Assembly (NCBI GenBank): GCA_963841015.1
Contig: CAWJAX010000003.1
Span: forward strand, 416,001-480,000
Length of the DNA stretch: 64,000 nucleotides
From: an uncultured Methanoregulaceae archaeon
Lineage (GTDB): Archaea > Halobacteriota > Methanomicrobia > Methanomicrobiales > Methanospirillaceae
Direction: 5' to 3'
Of the stretch, positions 8,982 through 18,580 are shown one piece after another. The position numbers were made by a program, and so were the translations under genes. Every line of letters begins with the position of its first letter. Within the stretch, counting starts at the first letter, position 1. The notes below the pieces were generated by a model. The model was not told the origin of the DNA, did not search any database, and was given only the letters and a program-made list of their open reading frames with translations.

Positions 8982-10878
8982 ATGGCATCAGAACAGGGCA
9001 TGAGCGGGATCGATGTTAAGGCAATTACCGGGGATTTGTCCGGAAAGCTACCGCTCTGGATAGACAAGGTCTACCAGTCTGACACCCGCACAATGAGTAT
9101 CCGGCTGAATGGAGAGAACAAAGCCAGGTACCAGATGATTATCGAATCGGGGAGAAGGGCACATCTGGTAAAAGACCTGCCGGAACCCCCGAAAAATCCG
9201 CCCCAGTTTGCCATGTTCCTGCGCAAGTACCTGTCCGGAGGAAAAGTGCTTGCCATCCACCAGCACGGACTTGAGCGTATACTGATCTTTGATATCGGGA
9301 AAGGAAATCTTATCTACCGGCTCATTATCGAACTTTTTGATGAAGGAAATATCATTCTTGCCGAAGAGAACTATACAATAATCAAACCACTCAGGCACCA
9401 CCGGTTCAAAGACCGGGAAATTGTTCCCCGCGCACTCTATGTCCTTGGAGCTACAGATCCCACAGCGTCCCTTGAAAATCTCACCTCTGCAATCAGGAAC
9501 GATGACCGGGACCTTGTCCGGAGCCTTGCGATTGGCTGTATGCTCGGGGGCACCTATGCAGAGTATATCTGCCGGAAAGCCGGCCTGGATAAAACAATGC
9601 CAGCGAGTACTGCTGATCCCGGAACCATTTTTACTGCCGTGCAGGACCTCTTTTTTCAGGTAGTACATGCACCAAAGCCGGGAATCTTTGCAAAACACTG
9701 CGAACCCATCGATATCTGGGACAAGGATGATGTTCAGTATTTTTCAACGTTCTCTGAAGCCCTTGAGAATTTTTATCCACTGACCAAAGCTGAGAGAAAA
9801 ACGGCTGAAGCAAAATCAACATTAACCAAGGAAGAGAGGATCTTAAAATACCAGAAATCAGCGATAAAAAAATTCGATGAAAAGATCGAGAAGACAGAAG
9901 CAGTTGTTGCTGCGATTTACGAGAATTACGCGTTTGTGTCAAAGGTTATAAGCTCACTGGACACTGCAAGTAAAACACATTCATGGCAGGAGATTGAGAG
10001 ACTGATCAGGAGTGACCATTCACCGGAGGTAAAAAAGATAGTTGCATTCTATCCCGAAGAAGCAGCGGTTGATATCGATATCGGGAAACGGGTGAAAATC
10101 TTTGTCCATGAAGGGATCGAGCAGAACGCTGGCAGATATTATGATGTGATTAAAAAATTCCGGAAAAAAAAGGAAGGGGCGCTCAGAGCGATGAAAACAA
10201 CCCAGCCGAAGAAAAAAGAGGTGCGGAGGGAATTTACCTTCATGAAGAAATTGTGGTACCACCGTTTCCGCTGGTTTGTTACAAGCGACGGGGTTGTAGT
10301 ACTTGGCGGACGGGATGCATCGCAGAACGAGGAACTGGTCAAAAAATACATGGGGGGGCAGGACCTGTTTGTACATGCTGATGTGCATGGTGCAAGTGTC
10401 GTGATTGTCAAGGGAAAGACAGAGCATATGGATGAGGTGGCACAGTTCGCTGCGTCCTATTCCGGTGCATGGCGGAGCGGGCACTTTTCCGCAGATGTGT
10501 ACAGTGCTCTCCCTTCACAGGTCAGCAAGACACCGGAATCCGGTGAATTCATCTCCCGTGGTTCCTTTATTGTCCGGGGAGAACGCACCTATTACCGGAA
10601 CGTACCGCTGGCCGTTGGCATCGGGCTTATGCTCGAACCACACGCAGCGGTCATCGGCGGTCCGCCTTCCGGCAATCAAAGGAAAAACGAAAGCGTATAC
10701 CGAACTCAAACCAGGACAGTTCGAACCCAACGATGTGGCAAAAAAAGTGCTGCGTATTCTCAAACAGAACGTTTCTGAAGAGGAAGAAAAAGCACTCAAA
10801 GGTATCCTGAACACAACGCAGGTTGCTGCATTCGTACCGCCCGGCGGTTCCGATATTGTGGGACACCATGAAAGCTGA
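8982..10878 (+). CDS. rqcH: Ribosome quality-control protein RqcH (NFACT/NEMF family), +1 frameshift near 10670
   Basis: NFACT-N (ELFDEGNIIL), WYHRFRWF, GGRDASQNE, HADVHGA; C-terminus continues in ORF 10405-10878. Confidence 0.9.
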
Positions 10879-11902
10879 ATATGGTGATTTAAAGGACAGG
10901 TATGGCGAGATCCGGTTATTCCCGGAGAGCATCGATGATCTCTGGCACCTCCGGCACCTCATTACCACCGGTGACCTTGTTTTTGCCACAACATTCAGGA
11001 GTGTTGATACTGCTTCTGATAAAATCCGGCCGGAGAAGGCTGAAAAGCGACCGGTCCGGCTCGGCATCAGGATTGATCGGGTTGAGTTTTCCGAACATGG
11101 GATCCGGCTCCGGCTCACCGGGGTTATCGAGCATGGAGTTGATACCGGAGCATATCATACCATCAATGTGGAAACCAGCTATGAAATTTCCGTGATCAAA
11201 CAGTGGCGGCCTATCGATCTCGAACGGATTGAGCGGGCAGTGAAAGCGTCGGTGTATGGAGTAATCCATATCCTGACCATTGAGGAAGGGGAAGCAGAAC
11301 TCTTCAGGTTGCGCCAGTATGGTCCGGAGAGTGTTATCACGATCACGTCAGGGAGTGGCAAAGGATCCGATACCGATACCCGTGCTGGTTTTTTTGGACA
11401 GGTTCTCACGACCATCACAGATATCACCGGTCCGCTGATCATTGCCGGTCCCGGATTCATCAAGGATGATTTCGTCCGGTTTGCAAAAAGTAAGTCAAGC
11501 ACGAACGCAGATCGGGCTATTGTAGTCGAAACCCGGCGGATAGGGCGTGGATCAGTGCAGGAAGTGATCGGCAAGGGGGCACTCGATAAGCTGATAGATG
11601 ACCTCCAGTTGTCCCGAGAGGTCAAGCTGATGGAAGAGGTACTGCTCAGGATCTCGCAGGATAGTGCTGTTGCATACGGGCGGCAGGAAGTCAGGGAAGC
11701 CATCGAATTCGGCGCAGCAGAACAGGTGCTGGTAGCCGATACACTCCTGCGGGATGACGAGGTTACGCACCTTATCGAGAAAGCAGAGGCAATGCGGGCA
11801 ACCATTGTTGTCCTTTCATCGGGGTTTGAACCGGGGGAACGACTGGTTGCACTTGGCGGTATTGCAGCGTTGCTTCGTTACCGGCTTGTCAAACGAAGAT
11901 AA
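10868..11902 (+). CDS. pelA: mRNA surveillance protein pelota (Dom34)
   Basis: PESIDDLWHL, GAYHTI, AGPGFIK and LGGIAALLRY motifs. Confidence 0.95.
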   Translation: MKAEYGDLKDRYGEIRLFPESIDDLWHLRHLITTGDLVFATTFRSVDTASDKIRPEKAEKRPVRLGIRIDRVEFSEHGIRLRLTGVIEHGVDTGAYHTINVETSYEISVIKQWRPIDLERIERAVKASVYGVIHILTIEEGEAELFRLRQYGPESVITITSGSGKGSDTDTRAGFFGQVLTTITDITGPLIIAGPGFIKDDFVRFAKSKSSTNADRAIVVETRRIGRGSVQEVIGKGALDKLIDDLQLSREVKLMEEVLLRISQDSAVAYGRQEVREAIEFGAAEQVLVADTLLRDDEVTHLIEKAEAMRATIVVLSSGFEPGERLVALGGIAALLRYRLVKRR

Positions 11903-11903
11903 G

Positions 11904-12232
11904 GGCTCTATTCAGTTCCTTTTGTTATACTTTGAAATACAAAGCACTGGTTCGATAGAGAAGGGAATCGTGCCGGTCTCCCCATTCCGCCCCTGAGCTG
12001 AGCGATAATGACGTAGTACCTGTTTGGGGGTTATCGTAATTGGGGAGCCACAGCGGCGGGGGTGAAACCCCCTTGAGCGTTTAGCTTATAATTGAGCATT
12101 TCTACAGATCAAAAAATTAAAAACTATCTTCCCCCGTGCCTCGGAAAGGCCCTGATGCGGGCGTCCATCATATGGGGACGATTTTGATGATTTGTGTGCG
12201 AACTGAATATTAATTTCTGTTTCTCCAGAGCT
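11904..12232 (-). mobile_element. MITE-like repeat copy 2 (partial module B plus module A with its own internal end)
   Basis: Ends tttctccagagct; internal tttctacagatc at 12099-12110; starts 1 bp after the pelota stop codon. Confidence 0.8.
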
Positions 12233-12290
12233 TACCGATTATTGTTTAAATGGAAGAGAATAGGATCTGAATCCACCCCTCCTTAAATCC

Positions 12291-13367
12291 TCACCTCTGT
12301 TCAAATCCATTGGCCAAAGTACGGGTAGTACCATCAGGATTTGTCACCGTAACAGTATAGGTTCCCACTTGTTTGGGTGTGGGAAGTGTGAACCAGGCTT
12401 TGACCTGAGTCGGGCTTTCCCATGCGACACTCCTTGCCTCAACCACAACAGCCGTACCCGTGGTCTTGGTCAGTTTAGCGGTAAAACCCTGCTGGAAACC
12501 CTCACCAACAATCGTCATTGGTACATCGTTTCCAAATGTAGATGTCGGACTGATGCTCGTGATACCCCCGGAACCTGTGGGAGATGTAGTAGTAGCGGTA
12601 CTGGTAGATCCGTGGATTGAGAATATGTTGGAATAGGAGACATATTGACCATCAGGATTGGTGATGACAACGTCCCAAGTCCCTGCGGATGCATTGACCG
12701 GGGGATTAAATGTGCAGGTTATCCATGTCGGGGACTGCACATTGACATTTGTCGCAGTAATATTTGGGTTGTCAGACTTCCGTAAAGTGACGGTGGCTCC
12801 TGACTGGAAATTTGAGCCGGTGAGAGATGTGATGGATATTGTTGTCCCCGCATCCCCAAAATCAGGTTCAATTTTCTTAAACGTTGGTTTTCCGGTCGGA
12901 GATACGGTTGTGGTTGTCGTCGTTGATATTGAAGTTACCTGCGTCGTGGATCCAGCTGTCGCCGTCGTTGTAGGAACTGTTGGCGTCCGGATCACAACAG
13001 AGGCAGGAGCCTTATTGGTGATTTTTTCAGTATATGCTTTTTCCATAGCAACCCTAGATGCTTTTTCCGTGTTGGAATTCCTGCGATATCCCCAGCTGCC
13101 ATCTGCATTGGGATAGATGAGCGCCCGTTCGTACGTGTCCGTGGCAGCATCGTACCTGATAATCAGCATAGCTGTGGCTGCGCTGGAACCGGGGATTTTG
13201 ACAATATCCCCTGATACATACTTTGCACTTCCGGATGGGGAAGTAGTTACCACGCTTGCCGGGGTTGTTGTATTGGTTGTACTGGAATTATCTGTGCAAC
13301 CGGTAATAAGAACACAGGAAATAAGAAGTACCACCAGACCCGATACCAGGAGAGTTTTCTTATTCAT
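12291..13367 (-). CDS. Surface lipoprotein with Thr-rich linkers and two IPT/TIG-like domains
   Basis: ITGC lipobox; Thr tracts; GTWDVVITNPDG and GTYTVTVTNPDG. Confidence 0.8.
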   Translation of the reverse strand: MNKKTLLVSGLVVLLISCVLITGCTDNSSTTNTTTPASVVTTSPSGSAKYVSGDIVKIPGSSAATAMLIIRYDAATDTYERALIYPNADGSWGYRRNSNTEKASRVAMEKAYTEKITNKAPASVVIRTPTVPTTTATAGSTTQVTSISTTTTTTVSPTGKPTFKKIEPDFGDAGTTISITSLTGSNFQSGATVTLRKSDNPNITATNVNVQSPTWITCTFNPPVNASAGTWDVVITNPDGQYVSYSNIFSIHGSTSTATTTSPTGSGGITSISPTSTFGNDVPMTIVGEGFQQGFTAKLTKTTGTAVVVEARSVAWESPTQVKAWFTLPTPKQVGTYTVTVTNPDGTTRTLANGFEQR

Positions 13368-13498
13368 AGTATTGACTGAGCGTGGAGATTATTTTAAAAA
13401 ATCGATTTATTCATAGCATATATTTCGATTTACCTGTTCAGGATAACGTGCGGATCTCATGGCTGTTCCCGACAGCGAAAAAAATGAAACAAAAAACC

Positions 13499-13998
13499 AG
13501 CTCTGGAGAAACAGGCATGAAAAGAGGGTTCGCACCCAAACCATGAAAATCGTAATGTATACGAGGGAACCCCGCCTCAGGGCCTCTCCGAGGCACGGCG
13601 GGCAGGAGTTTTTTTGAATTGTTTGTTCCAGATCCGCCGCCGCGGGGACGACCGTTTGCGGGGCGGCGGCAATCATCCTGAATGGAGGATTGTGAATAAA
13701 AATCTCGTATCATACCTGAATAGTATAATTTTCATAGGAAATCCCCCCGAGTTTTTTGAACCGGTGTGGAAATTACGAGCGTGACCCCCTCTCTCCCCCA
13801 GCGGGGGGCAGCCCATGGGGGCAAGCCCCCTTGACCCCCCCAAGAGCGGTTGGATTTTTCTTTTACGCTGCCGGGAATCCACAGCCATGGTCCACGGGGC
13901 GAGCCCCGACGAGGCGGTGAGGAGCCCGTGATCCCAACGCTATCCGATACAGGTCCCCTCTTTTAGTTTTTAAAAACGAGCACGCTTTCTACAGAGAA
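13499..13998 (+). mobile_element. MITE-like repeat copy 3 (module B + module C)
   Basis: ctctggagaaa at 13501 and tttctacagag ending at 13996; junction TTTCATAGGAAA at 13730-13741. Confidence 0.88.
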
Positions 13999-14017
13999 AG
14001 AAAACAAAAAAAAGTGA

Positions 14018-14695
14018 TTATTCTTCCTTCTTTTCAGGACGTTTAAAGGTTTCAACCAGGGTGATTTCTGATAAATCCCTGATCAACTCGAATCCCTCGT
14101 GGATGATCCTGCTTCTCCAGAGAAGCCAGCGGCGGTCATAGTTAATGCCCGGGGGAAGCGTTACGGTTGCCCTGCCATCATCCATCGCGATTTCCAGGTC
14201 CCTGCCAGCGTACAGCCGGACCAGCCCTTTCAGCTGCTCGAGCGGATCTGTTACTTCATCTTCAATAGTATAGTGGTACGACAGGGTCTGTCCTGCGAGG
14301 GGGGCATTGAAATCGACAATAACCTTCGAACCGATTACATCGACGACCGTCCCTTCACCCATCTCATCCATCTTTACCGACATGCCGCGGACAGGTTTTT
14401 CCTTGAACTGGCTCTTTGGGAACGACTGGATACGTTTGGGATCCCGGTCACCAAATGCTTTCTCGGGGGTTACAACAACATCTCCGGTTGCACCTGTTTC
14501 CTTACCGACAAGTTCCTCATCCAGACCAAGTATTACATGTTTCTGACCGACGCAGATCGTGACCGGCCCGTAAATCGCATTCGGACTGTGGATACCCGCA
14601 GATTTTGCCTCTGCAGCATCGGTGGTATCAAAAATATTCTCATCGACACTTCCTGAATAGCTCAGTTTAATAAAATCTCCATCTTTTATTGCCAT
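14018..14695 (-). CDS. Long-type FKBP peptidyl-prolyl isomerase (SlyD-like)
   Basis: FDTT, VILGLDE, PEKAFG, VDFNAPLAGQTL. Confidence 0.92.
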   Translation of the reverse strand: MAIKDGDFIKLSYSGSVDENIFDTTDAAEAKSAGIHSPNAIYGPVTICVGQKHVILGLDEELVGKETGATGDVVVTPEKAFGDRDPKRIQSFPKSQFKEKPVRGMSVKMDEMGEGTVVDVIGSKVIVDFNAPLAGQTLSYHYTIEDEVTDPLEQLKGLVRLYAGRDLEIAMDDGRATVTLPPGINYDRRWLLWRSRIIHEGFELIRDLSEITLVETFKRPEKKEE

Positions 14696-14750
14696 AGTTC
14701 ACCTGACTATATTAAATTGCAACGAAAACAGATAAACGTGTGGCACAGTC

Positions 14751-15293
14751 ATGCTTGAATTTGAATTAAAAGTAGGAATATCTTCGCTCGATCCTGTGCG
14801 AAAGCAGCTTATCGGGCACAATGCACAGTTTTGCGGCAGGGTACATGAGCACGACATCTATTACAACGCACCCCATCGCGATTTTAGCGTGACTGATGAG
14901 GCAATCCGGGTCAGGTATACCAACGAACATGCACTCGTCACCTACAAGGGAGCAAAAATAAAAGCGTCCGGGCTCAAGGCACGCGAAGAACTGAATGTGG
15001 TTGTTGATTCCGGCAAAGTTTTCGAGCAGATGCTGGGTCGACTTGGGTTTTCCCGGACTGCTGAAGTGAACAAATGGCGTGAGAATTACCGGCTTTTAGG
15101 TGCAGCAATAACGCTTGATGAGGTTGAGAACCTTGGCACCTTTGTCGAGATTGAAATACTGGCAGAGGATGAGAATTCAAATCCCGCCGCCCGTATTGAA
15201 GAAATTGCAAAAGAGATTGGAGTTTTTGGCGAGCCGATCCTCGCATCATATCTAGAATTGCTGCTGTCTAAACCGTCAGGAGCTCGATCTTAA
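14751..15293 (+). CDS. cyaB: CYTH-domain protein (class IV adenylate cyclase-like)
   Basis: ExExK, DIYYN, RVR, TYKG, REE, LGTFVEIE. Confidence 0.88.
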   Translation: MLEFELKVGISSLDPVRKQLIGHNAQFCGRVHEHDIYYNAPHRDFSVTDEAIRVRYTNEHALVTYKGAKIKASGLKAREELNVVVDSGKVFEQMLGRLGFSRTAEVNKWRENYRLLGAAITLDEVENLGTFVEIEILAEDENSNPAARIEEIAKEIGVFGEPILASYLELLLSKPSGARS

Positions 15294-15909
15294 TATCCCG
15301 GGCATCGTTGCCGAAATGGATCATCGCACAGTTACCGTCCATTGCCGGACCAGGGTTTACAATCTTTACCCCATCGGATTCCACAATGCCCCGTGCCTCG
15401 TGAATGTGAGCACAGCACACCAGATCAAAAGATTTCATGTGCTTACGAATACTGTGGCTCCCGACATGTTCAGCCCCCGGTTTGTCAAGGAACTCATACG
15501 GGGGTGCATGGCAGAGAAGAACGTTGTGAACGGTCTTCTCCATTTTTTTCATCGCGCTGTTCAACACGTCATCTATCTGCTTGTCGGTCAGCTCGAACGG
15601 GGTACCGAACGGGGTCGGATTTGAACCACCAACCCCGACAATGATCATCTTTCCCAGGTTAATCCGGGAGCCATGAAGGCAGACCGTGTCGGAGTGTTCA
15701 AGTGTCTCGAGGATCTCACGCGGGTCGCAGTTGCCGGGCACTGCAAAACACGGCACATCGATACGTGAGAGCACGTCATCGACCGCATCAACCGGACCCA
15801 TGTTGGTGATATCACCTGCAATAAATACCGCTTCCGGATTCAAATCCAGAAATGAATCAATTTTACCGAATTGACCATGGAGATCTGCTATCAATAGCAC
15901 ATCTTTCAT
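15268..15909 (-). CDS. Metallophosphoesterase (Icc-like)
   Basis: DLHG, GDIT, PGNCD, HAPP, HIHE. Confidence 0.92.
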   Translation of the reverse strand: MKDVLLIADLHGQFGKIDSFLDLNPEAVFIAGDITNMGPVDAVDDVLSRIDVPCFAVPGNCDPREILETLEHSDTVCLHGSRINLGKMIIVGVGGSNPTPFGTPFELTDKQIDDVLNSAMKKMEKTVHNVLLCHAPPYEFLDKPGAEHVGSHSIRKHMKSFDLVCCAHIHEARGIVESDGVKIVNPGPAMDGNCAMIHFGNDARDIKIELLTV

Positions 15910-17024
15910 GGTATATCATTTGAAGGGTGTCTAAAAAACCTTATCTCAGGATCATTCCACGAACCGGTTAATTTACCCGATAAGGCAAGTTTTCCGCAGA
16001 TTTTTTCGGTTTCCGGCAGGAGTGATCGCGCGTTCGTACCGGCAAGCGGTGTACCGGGAAGGGGCATAAACCGGTGCACGTGCACATTGCCATACCGTGC
16101 AACCCACTGTACCAGGTCAAGGGTCCGGCTCTGGTCCTCGTCGGTCTCGAACGGTAATCCGACGATAAAGTCCACAACCGGGGTAATCGAAAATTCGGTG
16201 CAGAGTTCTACAGCCCGGATTATCTCATCAACAGTGTGTCCCCGACACAGTCGTTCCAGCACCCGGTCACTGCCCGACTGTGCTCCAAAATGGAGTCTGG
16301 TATTGGCGCAATACCGGTTAACGAGGTCAAGGGATTCCTCGCAGATGAATTCCGGGCGGACTTCGCTGGGGAAGGTCCCGAAATAAATCGCATTTTTCAG
16401 ACGTGAAAAAAGGCGTTCAATTTTTTCCCACCGGGGATGAATACCATCGGAGCCGTAAGCAAATGCATTCGGCGATACGAACCGGGCATGCCGGTGCCGG
16501 TTTGCATATTCTGCAATGGTATCGATTGAACGGTGACGCATGCAATGGCCGAAGATATGCGGTGTCTGGCAGTAGCCGCAGGAAAACGGGCAACCCCGGG
16601 AGATCTCCACATAACCTTTCGTCCGGGAAAATGCCGGATAGGCATCGAGTCGTACACAGGTATCCGGCGGTTTATAAAACCGGGCAGTTGCCACACCGGG
16701 TAATTTCATATCACCGTCACGTTCAATCTGTGCGAGAAGCCGGGGAAGGGTGAATTCACCTTCACCAACTATCACATAATCGGCATATGCCGCCACTTCC
16801 CGGGGACAGGCCGAAGCGTGAGGGCCCCCGACAATAGTGATACTCTCCGATGAAGAAATCTCATGCCGGTAATGGGATTCATTTATCGAGTTGAGACTGT
16901 AACAGGTTACATCATCTGCGGGTTTATCCACCAGATGAAGAACAAATCCTTCCTGTTCACAAGCCGCAGAGAGGGCTGCAAAAGAGTTTGCTGCTGCATG
17001 AATCTGCCGCCAGTTGACCCGCAT
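15906..17024 (-). CDS. B12-binding-like/radical SAM protein (TIGR04013-like)
   Basis: GGPHAS, GEGE, CPFSCGYC (CxxxCxxC), GAQSGS. Confidence 0.88.
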   Translation of the reverse strand: MRVNWRQIHAAANSFAALSAACEQEGFVLHLVDKPADDVTCYSLNSINESHYRHEISSSESITIVGGPHASACPREVAAYADYVIVGEGEFTLPRLLAQIERDGDMKLPGVATARFYKPPDTCVRLDAYPAFSRTKGYVEISRGCPFSCGYCQTPHIFGHCMRHRSIDTIAEYANRHRHARFVSPNAFAYGSDGIHPRWEKIERLFSRLKNAIYFGTFPSEVRPEFICEESLDLVNRYCANTRLHFGAQSGSDRVLERLCRGHTVDEIIRAVELCTEFSITPVVDFIVGLPFETDEDQSRTLDLVQWVARYGNVHVHRFMPLPGTPLAGTNARSLLPETEKICGKLALSGKLTGSWNDPEIRFFRHPSNDIP

Positions 17025-17084
17025 GATTAAAAAATCCTGCCTGTATTTTTGTAAAAAAAAGGGATTGATGAGGTTTATTGTCCA

Positions 17085-17550
17085 CTAACGAATGCGGTAC
17101 TCGCGGAGCACATCAATAATTTTATAGGTTTGTCCGTTATCCATATCAACCCAGACCTCGACGCGATCGGTCTGTTTGGTGCCTTCCAGTTCGATAGTAG
17201 ATCCTTTCTTATTTTCCAGGGGTTTGGTCTGGGTCTGTCCGTCTGCCCGGGTAATTTTTGCAGATATTTTTTTCACATGGATCTGTCCCATACCTCCCTG
17301 GTAAATCACCTCAATATTACCCAGATAATCTTTTACTCCCACATCAACGGTAACCTGGTTGGTACCGGGGACTATGTCGGTTGGTACGGTGGTCAGAACA
17401 GCTCCCTGATGACGCGGGAGGGGTTCCTGATCCAGTAGTTCCGGAAGCCGGGGTAGTTGCAGCCGGTGGAGTCGGGGTACTTGTACATCCGGCTATGGCA
17501 AGAGCACTACAGAGAAGCACTATCATAATAACCATGATTCTGTTTTGCAT
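17085..17550 (-). CDS. Predicted lipoprotein, split by a +1 frameshift near 17405
   Basis: IAGC lipobox in 17344-17550; removing one G gives SSGAVLTTVPTDIVPGTNQVTVDV, joining ORF 17085-17342. Confidence 0.7.
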
Positions 17551-17752
17551 ACCAGAAAATGCGAGCCGGTGTTATATCATGTTTGCGCTCGCTGGTGTTC
17601 CCTTCTCCAAAAAAATGTAAGACAGAATTTTGCCTTTTTTTGTAAACCAGACATGATTTAATCTTTTTTTGCGAAATCTTTATCAATTGCCAAGGATAAT
17701 GGCTTTTTATCAGTAAACAATTATACCGTTTCCTGATTTGAGGTTCATACGT

Positions 17753-18085
17753 ATGGCTGAAGAAAAGAAGGAAGAAAAGAAGGGATTTGTTGCGGAATTC
17801 ATGGAATTCCTGTTAAAATACCAGGTTATTGGTCTGGCTGTTGCAGTCATTATCGGTGCAGCAGCAACAAAAATGGTAACCGCAATGGTAAATGATATCA
17901 TAATGCCAATCATTGGTGCGGTTGTCCCTGGAGGATCCTGGAGAACTGCTGTCCTTGAGATAGGCTCGATAAAATTCCTTATTGGAGATTTTGTTGCTGC
18001 GATCATTGATTTTGTTATCATTGCATTCGTGGTATTCCTCATTGTCAAGTTTATGATTAAAGGGGACACATCAAAAAAGATCTAA
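17753..18085 (+). CDS. mscL: Large-conductance mechanosensitive channel MscL family
   Basis: EFMEFL, LAVAVIIGAA, DIIMPII, GDFVAAIIDFVIIAF. Confidence 0.92.
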   Translation: MAEEKKEEKKGFVAEFMEFLLKYQVIGLAVAVIIGAAATKMVTAMVNDIIMPIIGAVVPGGSWRTAVLEIGSIKFLIGDFVAAIIDFVIIAFVVFLIVKFMIKGDTSKKI

Positions 18086-18119
18086 GGATCTTTTTTATTT
18101 TTTTTGAACCCGGTTTTTT

Positions 18120-18310
18120 AGCCCTCGACAATTCATTATGAAATAACAGGATAAGAAAGAGGACGGGAGGACAGTACCTGTGCTGCCTGAACGATCCTGT
18201 GCTGATATCGATCATGGTACAGTACCTGGTCTCGTGATACGTATTTTGGAAACGGTGGGGAATAAACCCTAAAAAAAGGGTTCACTTTTTTTTAATCTGT
18301 CACCAGAGCC
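18120..18310 (-). repeat. Highly degenerate MITE-like copy 4 (module A relic)
   Basis: Ends agccctcgacaattc and caccagagcc resemble the family ends; ggacagtacctgt and cagtacctg resemble module A. Confidence 0.5.
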
Positions 18311-18363
18311 ACTATGAATATTTTCAAAAACAGGAAAACATTCGCCTGCATAGTTGTTCTTTC

Positions 18364-18570
18364 GACTCTGGAGAAATGCTCAATCACCAGCTAAACGTCA
18401 GGGGGGTTTCACCCTGCCGCTGTGGTTCCCCCGATGCGATAAATCCCTAATGGGTACTGCGTCATCATCACACAGCGCAGGGGCGATAAGGGAGGACAGG
18501 CTCATGTCCCCTCCTTCATCGTACGTGCATCCTGAATTTCACATCAAAGGAAAAGGAATTCTCCAGAGCC
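18364..18570 (+). mobile_element. MITE-like repeat copy 5 (module A only, intact)
   Basis: gactctggagaa...ttctccagagcc; flanks gttctttc and gttttttc (7/8 direct repeat). Confidence 0.92.
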
Positions 18571-18580
18571 GTTTTTTCCC

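Noticed and set aside
11896-14006. Target-site duplications for copies 1, 2 and 3
   Set aside because: Flanks do not match (copies 1 and 2) or match only 6/8 in A-rich sequence (copy 3), so they are not counted as evidence.
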